Part shown: one piece after another, positions 37,668 through 46,063 of the stretch
How positions within the stretch are numbered: position 1 is the stretch's first letter
Layout of the letters: the number at the start of each line of letters is the position of its first letter
IMG/VR virus record: IMGVR_UViG_3300042997_002652
Coordinates: 96,001-160,000 of that record
Reading direction: 5' to 3' (one strand)
Source of the DNA: a virus
Lineage: Duplodnaviria > Caudoviricetes
DNA length: 64,000 nucleotides
Position numbers and translations under genes: made by a program
The notes under the pieces: generated by a model
What the model was told of the DNA's origin: nothing
Database searches by the model: none
What the model saw: the letters and a program-made list of their open reading frames with translations, nothing else

Positions 37668-37701
37668 TTTAATCACCTCTTTGTTGTCTATATATAGTGC
37701 T

Positions 37702-37729
37702 AGTATATACGATTTGAATAAAATGTCAA
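37702..37729 (-). promoter_or_regulatory. Early sigma70 promoter
   Basis: TTGACA-16-TATACT. Confidence 0.75.
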
Positions 37730-37867
37730 GCCTTAATTTAACTAATAAAATCAACAACTTACATATAACTCATCGTAATATATACATATTTTGTAATTTC
37801 GGGTAAACACTAAATATTACTACAATAATAACAATAGCTAGTCTTTAAGATATAGCCGGAGAATAAA

Positions 37868-39142
37868 ATGAGCACACTAAAAATAATAACAAGTGCCATA
37901 GTATTCTGTGTTTTTAGTATGCCTGTATTTGGACAGGATACTACGACCATAAATACTACTAACGCAACTACAACCACAACCAATAACACCAATAACAATG
38001 TTATTACTAGTGATAATACCAATACCAATGTAAACACCAGTACTGCTACAAACAATAATAATAATGTAAGTACTAGTGACAGTACCAATCTGAATACTAA
38101 TATAAACACTAGTACCAGTACTGCAACAAACAATAATAATAATGTTAGCACGAGTGACAGTACCAACTTGAATACTAATATAAACACCAGCACCGCTACC
38201 AATAATAATAATAACGTTAATACAAGCACCAACGTAAACACAAATACATCTGTAAATACTAATAACAATACAAACAATAGTGTAAGTGCAAACACCAATA
38301 ACAATATAAACACCAGTACTAGCACTGCTACCAATAATAATATAAACACAAGCACATCGGTTAACACGAACAATAATAACAACGTTAGCGTCAGTGATAA
38401 TACAAATTTAAATACTAATATTAATACAAGCACATCCGTTAATACCAACAATAACGTTAATACTAGCACTGCTACCAATAATAATAATAACGTTAATACA
38501 AGCACCAATGTAAACACAAATAATAACAGTAGTGTGGTCACTAGTAACTCTAATAATGTTAACACTAGCAATAGCGTTAATGAAAATTTAAATGTCAATC
38601 AAAGTGTAAGCACAAGCGACAATAATATAAACCAAACAAGTGTAAACACAAATACCAACACAAATCAAAACTTAACTGTATCAGATAACACCAACAACAA
38701 CTATAATGAAAACGTAACAAGAAACGAAAGCACTCAGCGTATTGAACAAGAAATTAACTCACCGCCTCCTAGTGCGATAGCACCTAGTATCGGTAGCAGT
38801 TACTCACAAGACTTGTGTACAACAGGCATCAGTGGAGCAGTACAAACACAAATATTTGGTTTATCTACTGGTAAAAGCATTACAGATGAAAATTGTGAAC
38901 GAATAAAACTAAGCAAAACTCTTTACGATATGGGTATGCGTGTTGCTGCTGTATCACTAATGTGCCAAGACGAACGAGTATGGACTGCTATGAAAATGGC
39001 AGGAACTCCTTGCCCTTATGAAGGTAAGATTGGATCCGATGCTTCTATATCTTGGGAACTGAACAGAGAAGAAGTGCCTGGATACAATGAAAGACGAGAT
39101 CGTGATGTAGCCAGTACTCCCAATATGCCGAGAAGTAGATGA
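37868..39142 (+). CDS. Secreted protein with a long Asn/Thr/Ser repeat region and a Cys-containing C-terminal domain
   Basis: Signal peptide, about 270 aa of NTSTATNNNNNV-type repeats, and a C-domain with DLCTTG, NCERIKLSK, MCQD and TPCPY. Confidence 0.8.
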   Translation: MSTLKIITSAIVFCVFSMPVFGQDTTTINTTNATTTTTNNTNNNVITSDNTNTNVNTSTATNNNNNVSTSDSTNLNTNINTSTSTATNNNNNVSTSDSTNLNTNINTSTATNNNNNVNTSTNVNTNTSVNTNNNTNNSVSANTNNNINTSTSTATNNNINTSTSVNTNNNNNVSVSDNTNLNTNINTSTSVNTNNNVNTSTATNNNNNVNTSTNVNTNNNSSVVTSNSNNVNTSNSVNENLNVNQSVSTSDNNINQTSVNTNTNTNQNLTVSDNTNNNYNENVTRNESTQRIEQEINSPPPSAIAPSIGSSYSQDLCTTGISGAVQTQIFGLSTGKSITDENCERIKLSKTLYDMGMRVAAVSLMCQDERVWTAMKMAGTPCPYEGKIGSDASISWELNREEVPGYNERRDRDVASTPNMPRSR

Positions 39143-41088
39143 AGCAGTTTTTATTACTTGTGTTGTTAGTCGTTTCTTCTATGGCTCACAGTCAAGATTA
39201 CACACCAAACTTAATTGACTATACTGGTTGGGTAAACGCTGGATCAGTAGGAGAACAACTTACGTGCTGGTCTCCTGGTGGTCCTGGATACTGTGGACCA
39301 TTGCCTGCTGTAGGTGCGTTTAATAATCCCAGTTTGATTAATTTTTCGTATGGCTTAACTGACATTTATCAACCCGTTGATATAGCACAAGCATTGAGTG
39401 CTGCTGGTAGTGGCATTATTGTTAACGGGTTTAGCTTTAACTTTATTGCTAAGAATGGTAATGGTTGGGATAACGGGCAACTTGATTACTTAACAGCGTA
39501 TGCAAAGTTTTATAACAATAATAGTTTAGTAGAATCCTACAACTATGATTTAAATTATAGATTCAATTGGACAAACTTCAATTATTCAGAAACTTTTACA
39601 AACCCGTATCAAATAAATGATTTGGATGAGGTGAAAGTTGGATTTGTAGGTAGAGACACAAATGGTTGGGCAGGATTTTATGGGCCCGAAGTAAGGAACA
39701 TTAATTTTAGATTGAATTATGGGATAGATCCTTGTTATGAAGATCCACTGTCATCAACTTCTTGTGCTGGATTTCAAGAAGCATTATTAGAATTACAATG
39801 TAATGGTGATCCATTATCAAGTATAGATTGCCCTGGATACTTGGAAAATTTTATGTCAGAAATTGATATGAATTTAGATGAAGTTTTTGAAGATGAGATG
39901 TATGATGAATATAGTGAAGAAGAACTATACGAAGACTTAGAAGAGGAATTCTTTGAAGATGAATTCATAGCAGATGAAGAATTTTTAGATGATGAAGAAC
40001 TGTTAGATGAGGACTTAATAGCGGATGAAGAATTTTTAGATGAGGACTTATCAGACGGGGAGTCGGTATTGTCGTTGTTGAAATTAATTGGAATACTTAA
40101 CAACACAGACGATGAATCTATTGATTCTTTAAGTCAGTATGATAGTAATACAATTATGGAAAACCAGATTGTTGAAACTATTACCTCAACAAATATTTCA
40201 ATCATTAAAACAGATGATATTGCCGAACCGGTTAAACAAGAAAATATTATAAGAGTTGAAGTTACACAATTAACAGAACAAAGCGTTAGCTCTGATTCAT
40301 TGATTGCAGAAATTGCAGATCAAGATGAAAAGCAAGTAGAAGATATAGAAACCACAGTTGATGACACGCTGATTGTTGACGATAATATAGAAGAAGAACT
40401 AGAAACAATTATTGCTGTTTCACCTTCGAGTAACGTCAGTGAAACAAATATTGAAACACTTCTTTCCGATAACACGGTACAAGAAAATAATACAGAAACA
40501 GTAGTTGCTGCTACCGAACAAGTTAGTGAGGAAGAAGAAACAAGTGTAGGAAATATTGTAGCACAAGAAGAAACAAATAATAATGAAGAAACAACAAATG
40601 ACAGTTTTGATGATATAACATTGATGAGTGAAGTTAGTTTGGATGTTGTAACCACTGCTACTTCTACATTCAATAATAATTCTATGCAACAAGTATTAGC
40701 ATTGGGAGGAACAATAACAGAAATACTGAATACTCCAGTTCCTGATTTTAGTAGATTTGAAATTAAGCCGCCTACACAAGACGAACAAGTACAAACAGCC
40801 AAAGTAGAAAATACGATAGAAACTATGAGTACAGAAGAGATAGAAAGTCAAGCAGAGATAAGAATAGGATCTATGGATCCAGAGTCTCAAGCAATAGCAT
40901 TACAGTTAATAGGATATAAACAAGGATTTGATCAGTATGGCGGAATGCTTGTTGATCAGAGTAATTGGTATTTAGATAGAGGCATGTATACAAACAACCG
41001 TGTACCAGCAGTATCTAGTTCCAATCAAATATTTGGTGCGCAGGATCAAAGACACCAAGAACTAATGTCATTACAATACGGGAGATAA
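39139..41088 (+). CDS. Secreted acidic protein with beta-sandwich-like N-domain and paired CxxDPLSSxxCxG motifs
   Basis: Signal peptide, DPCYEDPLSSTSCAGF / CNGDPLSSIDCPGY, and very D/E-rich linker. Confidence 0.7.
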   Translation: MKQFLLLVLLVVSSMAHSQDYTPNLIDYTGWVNAGSVGEQLTCWSPGGPGYCGPLPAVGAFNNPSLINFSYGLTDIYQPVDIAQALSAAGSGIIVNGFSFNFIAKNGNGWDNGQLDYLTAYAKFYNNNSLVESYNYDLNYRFNWTNFNYSETFTNPYQINDLDEVKVGFVGRDTNGWAGFYGPEVRNINFRLNYGIDPCYEDPLSSTSCAGFQEALLELQCNGDPLSSIDCPGYLENFMSEIDMNLDEVFEDEMYDEYSEEELYEDLEEEFFEDEFIADEEFLDDEELLDEDLIADEEFLDEDLSDGESVLSLLKLIGILNNTDDESIDSLSQYDSNTIMENQIVETITSTNISIIKTDDIAEPVKQENIIRVEVTQLTEQSVSSDSLIAEIADQDEKQVEDIETTVDDTLIVDDNIEEELETIIAVSPSSNVSETNIETLLSDNTVQENNTETVVAATEQVSEEEETSVGNIVAQEETNNNEETTNDSFDDITLMSEVSLDVVTTATSTFNNNSMQQVLALGGTITEILNTPVPDFSRFEIKPPTQDEQVQTAKVENTIETMSTEEIESQAEIRIGSMDPESQAIALQLIGYKQGFDQYGGMLVDQSNWYLDRGMYTNNRVPAVSSSNQIFGAQDQRHQELMSLQYGR

Positions 41089-41093
41089 TAAAC

Positions 41094-41411
41094 ATGGTAA
41101 AAAAATTACAAGACAATTCAGAATATAACCAATATGATGCTGACGGCGACGGAATAGTTTCCGATGAAGAAATTGCTAAAGCAGAACGTTTAGCAGAATT
41201 AGAAAACAAAGACAGAAAAGAAGATCAGTTAAGACAAATGGCTTGGGTAGCTATGGGTTCTATGGTGTTTTTTACTATTGCACTATTCTTACCATTTTTA
41301 AGCGTAGAAAGACTTACTGCGTTAGATAACTTGTTAAGCATGTTTTATATCGCACAAGCAGGTGTAGTAGCAACATTCTTTGGTTCTAGTGCTTATATGT
41401 CAAGAAGCTAA
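41094..41411 (+). CDS. Small membrane protein with canonical EF-hand loop and two TM helices
   Basis: DADGDGIVSDEE 12-residue loop followed by two hydrophobic helices. Confidence 0.7.
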   Translation: MVKKLQDNSEYNQYDADGDGIVSDEEIAKAERLAELENKDRKEDQLRQMAWVAMGSMVFFTIALFLPFLSVERLTALDNLLSMFYIAQAGVVATFFGSSAYMSRS

Positions 41412-41431
41412 AATAAAATAGGGGTAAAGTT

Positions 41432-41893
41432 ATGTTGGAAATAGGTATAGCACTCAATATGGCTGTTTCTGCTTTCAATGGTATAAAGAAAGCAGTTGAA
41501 GCAGGAAGAGAGATAGAAGATGTTGCGGGTTATTTTGGCAAATTTTTTGATGCAAAAGAAACCATATCTGAAGCATCACAATATAATGAAAATGCCCCTT
41601 TATTCAAAAAAATATTCGCAGGCAAAAGTGTAGAAGCTCAAGCCTTAGAAATTACTGCAGCCAAACATAAAGCAGCAAAAATAGAAAAAGAGTTGCGCGA
41701 ATTTCTTATCTATTCTGGTCAAGCTCAGTTTTATGAAGATATGCTGAGAGAAAGAAGACATATCAGAGAAGCTAGAATAGAAAAAGCAAGAGCAAATGCT
41801 ATAAGTAAAAAGTTTTGGATTGATGCGTTTTTTATAGGATTTCTTTTAACGACTATTTTTATCCTATTAGGTATGATAATAAGAATAATTTAA
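41432..41893 (+). CDS. Helical protein with C-terminal TM anchor
   Basis: AVSAFNGIKKAVEAGREIED start, hydrophobic C-terminus. Confidence 0.6.
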   Translation: MLEIGIALNMAVSAFNGIKKAVEAGREIEDVAGYFGKFFDAKETISEASQYNENAPLFKKIFAGKSVEAQALEITAAKHKAAKIEKELREFLIYSGQAQFYEDMLRERRHIREARIEKARANAISKKFWIDAFFIGFLLTTIFILLGMIIRII

Positions 41894-41912
41894 ATTTTGA
41901 GGTAATAACATC

Positions 41913-42437
41913 ATGAGTGATGAAGAAAACAAAACAGCACAAGTAGAATTTGCCGGAATGAGTTTAAGCGGTAGTAAACTGCTATTGTTGATACCTATTT
42001 TAAGTGCATTAGGCGGAGCACTTTGGGGAGGATTTGAAGTGTATCAGCGTTTGTTGGATGCTGAAGAAGCTGTCACAAGTTATATTGCTCCTGATATGTC
42101 AGGCATAGAACAACAGTTAGCAGTACAGCAAACACAAATGAACGAGTTTAAAACAGCCATAGATCAACAGTTTGCTACTACTAATCAATTGTTAGCCGAA
42201 CAACGCACTCAAATAAATGATATCAGACAAAGTATGCGTGATCAAGAATCATTGGTTAGAACTATTGACGAAAATACCGCAACTACCCAGCGTGATTTAA
42301 GAAACGATGTGTATGAAATGGAAAAAGAACTTAATGATAGAGTTAAAGAGTTAGATACTACTTTAAGAACGGTCCGCGAAGATTTAGAAAAGAAAATGCA
42401 GGAAATTTTAGCGAATCCTTTAAATACGGTTGAGTAA
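41913..42437 (+). CDS. N-terminal TM plus long coiled-coil protein
   Basis: LLLLIPILSALGGALWGGF TM segment followed by heptads. Confidence 0.65.
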   Translation: MSDEENKTAQVEFAGMSLSGSKLLLLIPILSALGGALWGGFEVYQRLLDAEEAVTSYIAPDMSGIEQQLAVQQTQMNEFKTAIDQQFATTNQLLAEQRTQINDIRQSMRDQESLVRTIDENTATTQRDLRNDVYEMEKELNDRVKELDTTLRTVREDLEKKMQEILANPLNTVE

Positions 42438-42454
42438 ACTTGAACATTTGTTGC

Positions 42455-42490
42455 ACACCCTCTTTATTAAATACATATAAAGAGGAGTGT
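42455..42490 (+). promoter_or_regulatory. Hairpin sequestering the RBS, with a late-promoter TAAATA in its loop
   Basis: Arms 42455-42467 (ACACCCTCTTTAT) and 42477-42490 (ATAAAGAGGAGTGT), loop TAAATACAT, ATG at 42494. Confidence 0.75.
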
Positions 42491-42493
42491 AAA

Positions 42494-43732
42494 ATGTTTT
42501 TAAAAAACAAACCGTTATCTCGTAGAACATTATTAAAAGGTGCAGGTTTCAGCTTAACACTGCCCATGTTAGATGCTATGATACCTACTGTTACCGCAGC
42601 TCCTATTGCTGATCCTAAGTTAGCTTTCATTTACTTTCCTCACGGTGCTGTAATGAAATATTGGACTCCTCAACAAACAGGTAAAGACTTTGAGTTTTCA
42701 CCCATACTAAAACCATTAGAACCTCTTAGAGACTATGTTACTGTAGTAAGCGGATTGAGAAACAAAGGAGGTGAAAGTTCCAATCCTCATAGTATCATTG
42801 AAGAAACTTGGTTAACTTGTGTAGCACCAGACCAAAGAACAGGTGAACAAGGTTTAAGTGCTGATCAGATTGCAGCTAAGCACTTTACAAATACACCTCT
42901 GAGTTCGTTAGAATTATGCGGCGAACCCGGCGGATCACTTAGCTATCGTTCTAACAATCAAGCATTACCGCTTGAAGGCAATCCCAGAAAGGTATATTAT
43001 ACCATGTTCGGGGAAGGTGACAACTATCAAGATCGCATGAACATTCTAACACAGAAAAATAGCTTGTTAGACTATGTAATGGAGAGTACTAAATCACTAA
43101 ATAAGAAACTGGATAACAACGACAAACTTAAAGTGGAAGAGTATTTGAGCAGTGTACGCGATATTGAAAAGCGCATATCAGGGTTAGAAAGCAGTGCTAG
43201 TGGTCTTACTGATTTACCAGAAGCTCCTATTGGTCCGCCCGACGATTTTGAAGCACTATTAGATATTCAGTATGAAATGATGGCATTAGCATTACAAACA
43301 GGACAAACTCGTATCGTGAGTATGCGCACAGTTAAAGAAGCCAGTATGAGAGTGTTCAGCAACTTGGGCATTGAGGAAGCGTTTCATCCACTTAGCCATC
43401 ATCAAGAAAATGAAGCCAAGTACGAACAATTAGTAAGACTACAGCGTTGGCAAACTGAACGCGCTGCTAAATTTGCTCTTAGACTAAAAGATATGGGTTT
43501 ACTTGACGATACCGTGATCTTATTTGGTTCTAACATGAGCAATTCAGACAGACATAATAACGATCCACTACCGTCAGTGCTAATTGGTCGTGCAGGTGGC
43601 ATTAAAGGTAATCAGCACTTAGCTTATGCTCAAGATACTTCCCATGCTCGTTTGATACACACAATGTTAGAAAAGACTGGTGTACACTTAGATCAGTTTG
43701 CTGATAGTACAGGATCATTATTAGAAGTATAA
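42494..43732 (+). CDS. DUF1552 (HXXSHH) family protein with twin-arginine-type N-terminus; start revised to 42494
   Basis: SRRTLLKGAG, LPMLDAM, FIYFPHG, SADQIAA, HPLSHH and LDDTVILFGS motifs. GAGGAG RBS. Confidence 0.85.
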   Translation: MFLKNKPLSRRTLLKGAGFSLTLPMLDAMIPTVTAAPIADPKLAFIYFPHGAVMKYWTPQQTGKDFEFSPILKPLEPLRDYVTVVSGLRNKGGESSNPHSIIEETWLTCVAPDQRTGEQGLSADQIAAKHFTNTPLSSLELCGEPGGSLSYRSNNQALPLEGNPRKVYYTMFGEGDNYQDRMNILTQKNSLLDYVMESTKSLNKKLDNNDKLKVEEYLSSVRDIEKRISGLESSASGLTDLPEAPIGPPDDFEALLDIQYEMMALALQTGQTRIVSMRTVKEASMRVFSNLGIEEAFHPLSHHQENEAKYEQLVRLQRWQTERAAKFALRLKDMGLLDDTVILFGSNMSNSDRHNNDPLPSVLIGRAGGIKGNQHLAYAQDTSHARLIHTMLEKTGVHLDQFADSTGSLLEV

Positions 43733-43757
43733 TTTATGGTAAAAAATTAATCAAATC

Positions 43758-43822
43758 TTGACAGGCCTGTCACATAATTTTAACATAGTATTTAATAAAT
43801 ATGTGTGACAAAATTATAACAG
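43758..43822 (+). promoter_or_regulatory. Sigma70 promoter with overlapping palindrome, late motif and Pho-box-like repeats
   Basis: TTGACA(43758)-17-TAACAT. Palindrome TGACAGGCCTGTCA at 43759-43772. CTGTCAC-ATAA-TTTTAAC at 43767-43784 (+). CTGTTAT-AATT-TTGTCAC at 43805-43822 (-). TAAATA at 43796. Confidence 0.6.
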
Positions 43823-43837
43823 TCAAGGATAATATAA

Positions 43838-46063
43838 ATGAATAAACTCAATAAACTTTTCACGGCACTTTTTATAAGTGCCATTTCTTTATCAACCCAG
43901 GCACAACCCTCGCTAGAAGAAATAGTAGTTACAGCTACCAAAAGAGAAACAAACTTAATTGATACACCCATATCAATGTCAGTAGTAAGCTCAAAGAATT
44001 TACAAGAAAGACACGTACAAAGCTTAATGGACTTGGCTGATGGTTCTGTTCCTGGATTAAACATAGCTCCATTTGAATCTAGACAATCTGCTGTTACTAT
44101 TGGTATTAGGGGTATTGTTCCTCTTGATGCTAATCAACCAGCGCGTGAACAAGGAGTAGGTGTTTACATAGATGGAGTATACTTAGGTAGACAACATGGA
44201 TTGAACGCAGCATTGCTAGACTTAGAAAGAATTGAAGTACTAAAAGGACCTCAAGGTACACTCTTTGGTAGAAACACAGAAGGTGGTGCGTTAAGTATGG
44301 TAACAAAAAAACCCACTGGCGAATTTGACTTTAGAATGAATACGGGAGCAGGTAACTATAATAGTAATAATATAGACTTTCATATTAACTTACCTACATT
44401 CTTTAATGTAATGACCAAGATAGATGGGATCACTCAGTATCAAGATGCTACTACTAAAAATCCATTAGCCGGTGAAACTGGTTGGAACTTTTTTGAAAGA
44501 AAGGGATTTAAAATAGCTAACAGATTAGAAACTGATAACTTTACTTTTGATTATTCATATGATGTAAGTATGGATGCGAACAGTCCCTTTTATAGTCAAT
44601 TGCTTAATTACAATCCCATGAATTTGCCAAATGTAACTCCTCTTCCTCCTATGGTAGTTGTAAACGGTTCTAGTATCATGAAAAAAGGTGATATTGGTGT
44701 TCCGCAACAACCTAGCGTAGCTGATGTAGGTGGTCAAAGTTTTAATATTATTTGGGATGTAACAGACAACTTAGAGTTTAGATCAATCACAGCTAAGCGT
44801 TGGGTAGATTCTACACAGTGGGATAATGCTGGCGGTGCTCACAGAATTCCAGTAGCTAAAGCAAACAGTGTATTCAGTAGATATAGTGTTTCTGAACTTC
44901 ATCAAACACAATTTAGTCAAGAGTTTCAGTTAGTAGGAAGCACTGATACTATTGATTACGTAGCTGGTTTATACTACTTTACTGAAGACGCATATGAAGA
45001 AGCAGCCACTCCTTCAACTAATACTTGGAACTTTACTCTAACTGGTTATACTATAAATGATCTTACCCCAACTCAACCAGGTAAAAGATTTATAGATAGA
45101 GGTAGTAGAGCCACTGCTGTTAGTAGCGCAGTGTTTTCACAGGCTACTTATACCCCTATTAATTTTGAAAGACTACATATAACATTAGGCGGAAGATATA
45201 CTAAAGACGATAAATCAGGCGAGTTGTATCTTTTAAGAAATAACCCATCACCGTACTCTTTCATAGAAATTTCTAAAAGATTTAATCCTTTAGCAATCGT
45301 TGCGTTTGATGTTACTGATGGTATCAATGCTTATGTGAAATACGCTACTGGTTATCGTTCTGGTGGTGCTAGTTCACGTTCAGCAACTTATCGCTCATTT
45401 GGACCTGAAGATAATATTTCATATGAGTTAGGTGTAAAAGCGCAATTAGATCGTGCTAGAATTAACTTTGCTGCTTACACGATGGAAAGAACTGGTAGTC
45501 AAGTTGACTTTAGTCAAGTAGTATTTGATCCTGTTTCTAAGTCTTCTAGACACACATTAGAAACTATGAATGCTCCGGGGATTACTGAAATTCAAGGTAT
45601 CGAACTTGATGGAACATTCTTAGTAACTGAAAATTTAGAAGTAACAGCAGCGTATACGTATACAACTACATCAGTACCTGCTACAATTAATCCGTTTAAA
45701 AACTTACCTCAACCAGTGTTTATTGTATATACACCTGAAAATGTTTGGAACTTGGGAGCAAATCATACATTAGCACTTGACAAGTTTACAGTAGAAACAC
45801 ATTTGAGTGCGAATAAGTCTGATCCTTCATATTCATTTTCTGAATTTGATTTACCAAATGACGGATCATTTATCGTAAATGCAAGCGTATCTATAAATAA
45901 CTTTATTAATGCTGAAAGTCTAAGCTTACAATTGTGGGTAAGAAATATGTTAGATGGTCATTTTGTTTTTAGAAGTGATCCATCAAATGACAATGTGTTG
46001 GGTACTTATGGTAACTTTAACGCGCCAAGAACTTTCGGTATCACATTAGGGTACGAAATATAA
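43838..46063 (+). CDS. TonB-dependent outer-membrane receptor
   Basis: Signal peptide, TonB box LEEIVVTA, plug GVYIDGVY...ERIEVLKGPQGTLFGRNTEGGA, C-terminal PRTFGITLGYEI. Confidence 0.95.
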   Translation: MNKLNKLFTALFISAISLSTQAQPSLEEIVVTATKRETNLIDTPISMSVVSSKNLQERHVQSLMDLADGSVPGLNIAPFESRQSAVTIGIRGIVPLDANQPAREQGVGVYIDGVYLGRQHGLNAALLDLERIEVLKGPQGTLFGRNTEGGALSMVTKKPTGEFDFRMNTGAGNYNSNNIDFHINLPTFFNVMTKIDGITQYQDATTKNPLAGETGWNFFERKGFKIANRLETDNFTFDYSYDVSMDANSPFYSQLLNYNPMNLPNVTPLPPMVVVNGSSIMKKGDIGVPQQPSVADVGGQSFNIIWDVTDNLEFRSITAKRWVDSTQWDNAGGAHRIPVAKANSVFSRYSVSELHQTQFSQEFQLVGSTDTIDYVAGLYYFTEDAYEEAATPSTNTWNFTLTGYTINDLTPTQPGKRFIDRGSRATAVSSAVFSQATYTPINFERLHITLGGRYTKDDKSGELYLLRNNPSPYSFIEISKRFNPLAIVAFDVTDGINAYVKYATGYRSGGASSRSATYRSFGPEDNISYELGVKAQLDRARINFAAYTMERTGSQVDFSQVVFDPVSKSSRHTLETMNAPGITEIQGIELDGTFLVTENLEVTAAYTYTTTSVPATINPFKNLPQPVFIVYTPENVWNLGANHTLALDKFTVETHLSANKSDPSYSFSEFDLPNDGSFIVNASVSINNFINAESLSLQLWVRNMLDGHFVFRSDPSNDNVLGTYGNFNAPRTFGITLGYEI

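Noticed and set aside
37810-38598. 262-aa Leu/Val-rich minus-strand ORF that looks like a multi-pass membrane protein
   Set aside because: It is the antisense shadow of the Asn/Thr codon repeats in 37868..39142, which has the signal peptide, RBS and late motif.
37980-38700. CRISPR-like array
   Set aside because: The repeats are in-frame, degenerate coding repeats with no constant repeat/unique spacer structure.
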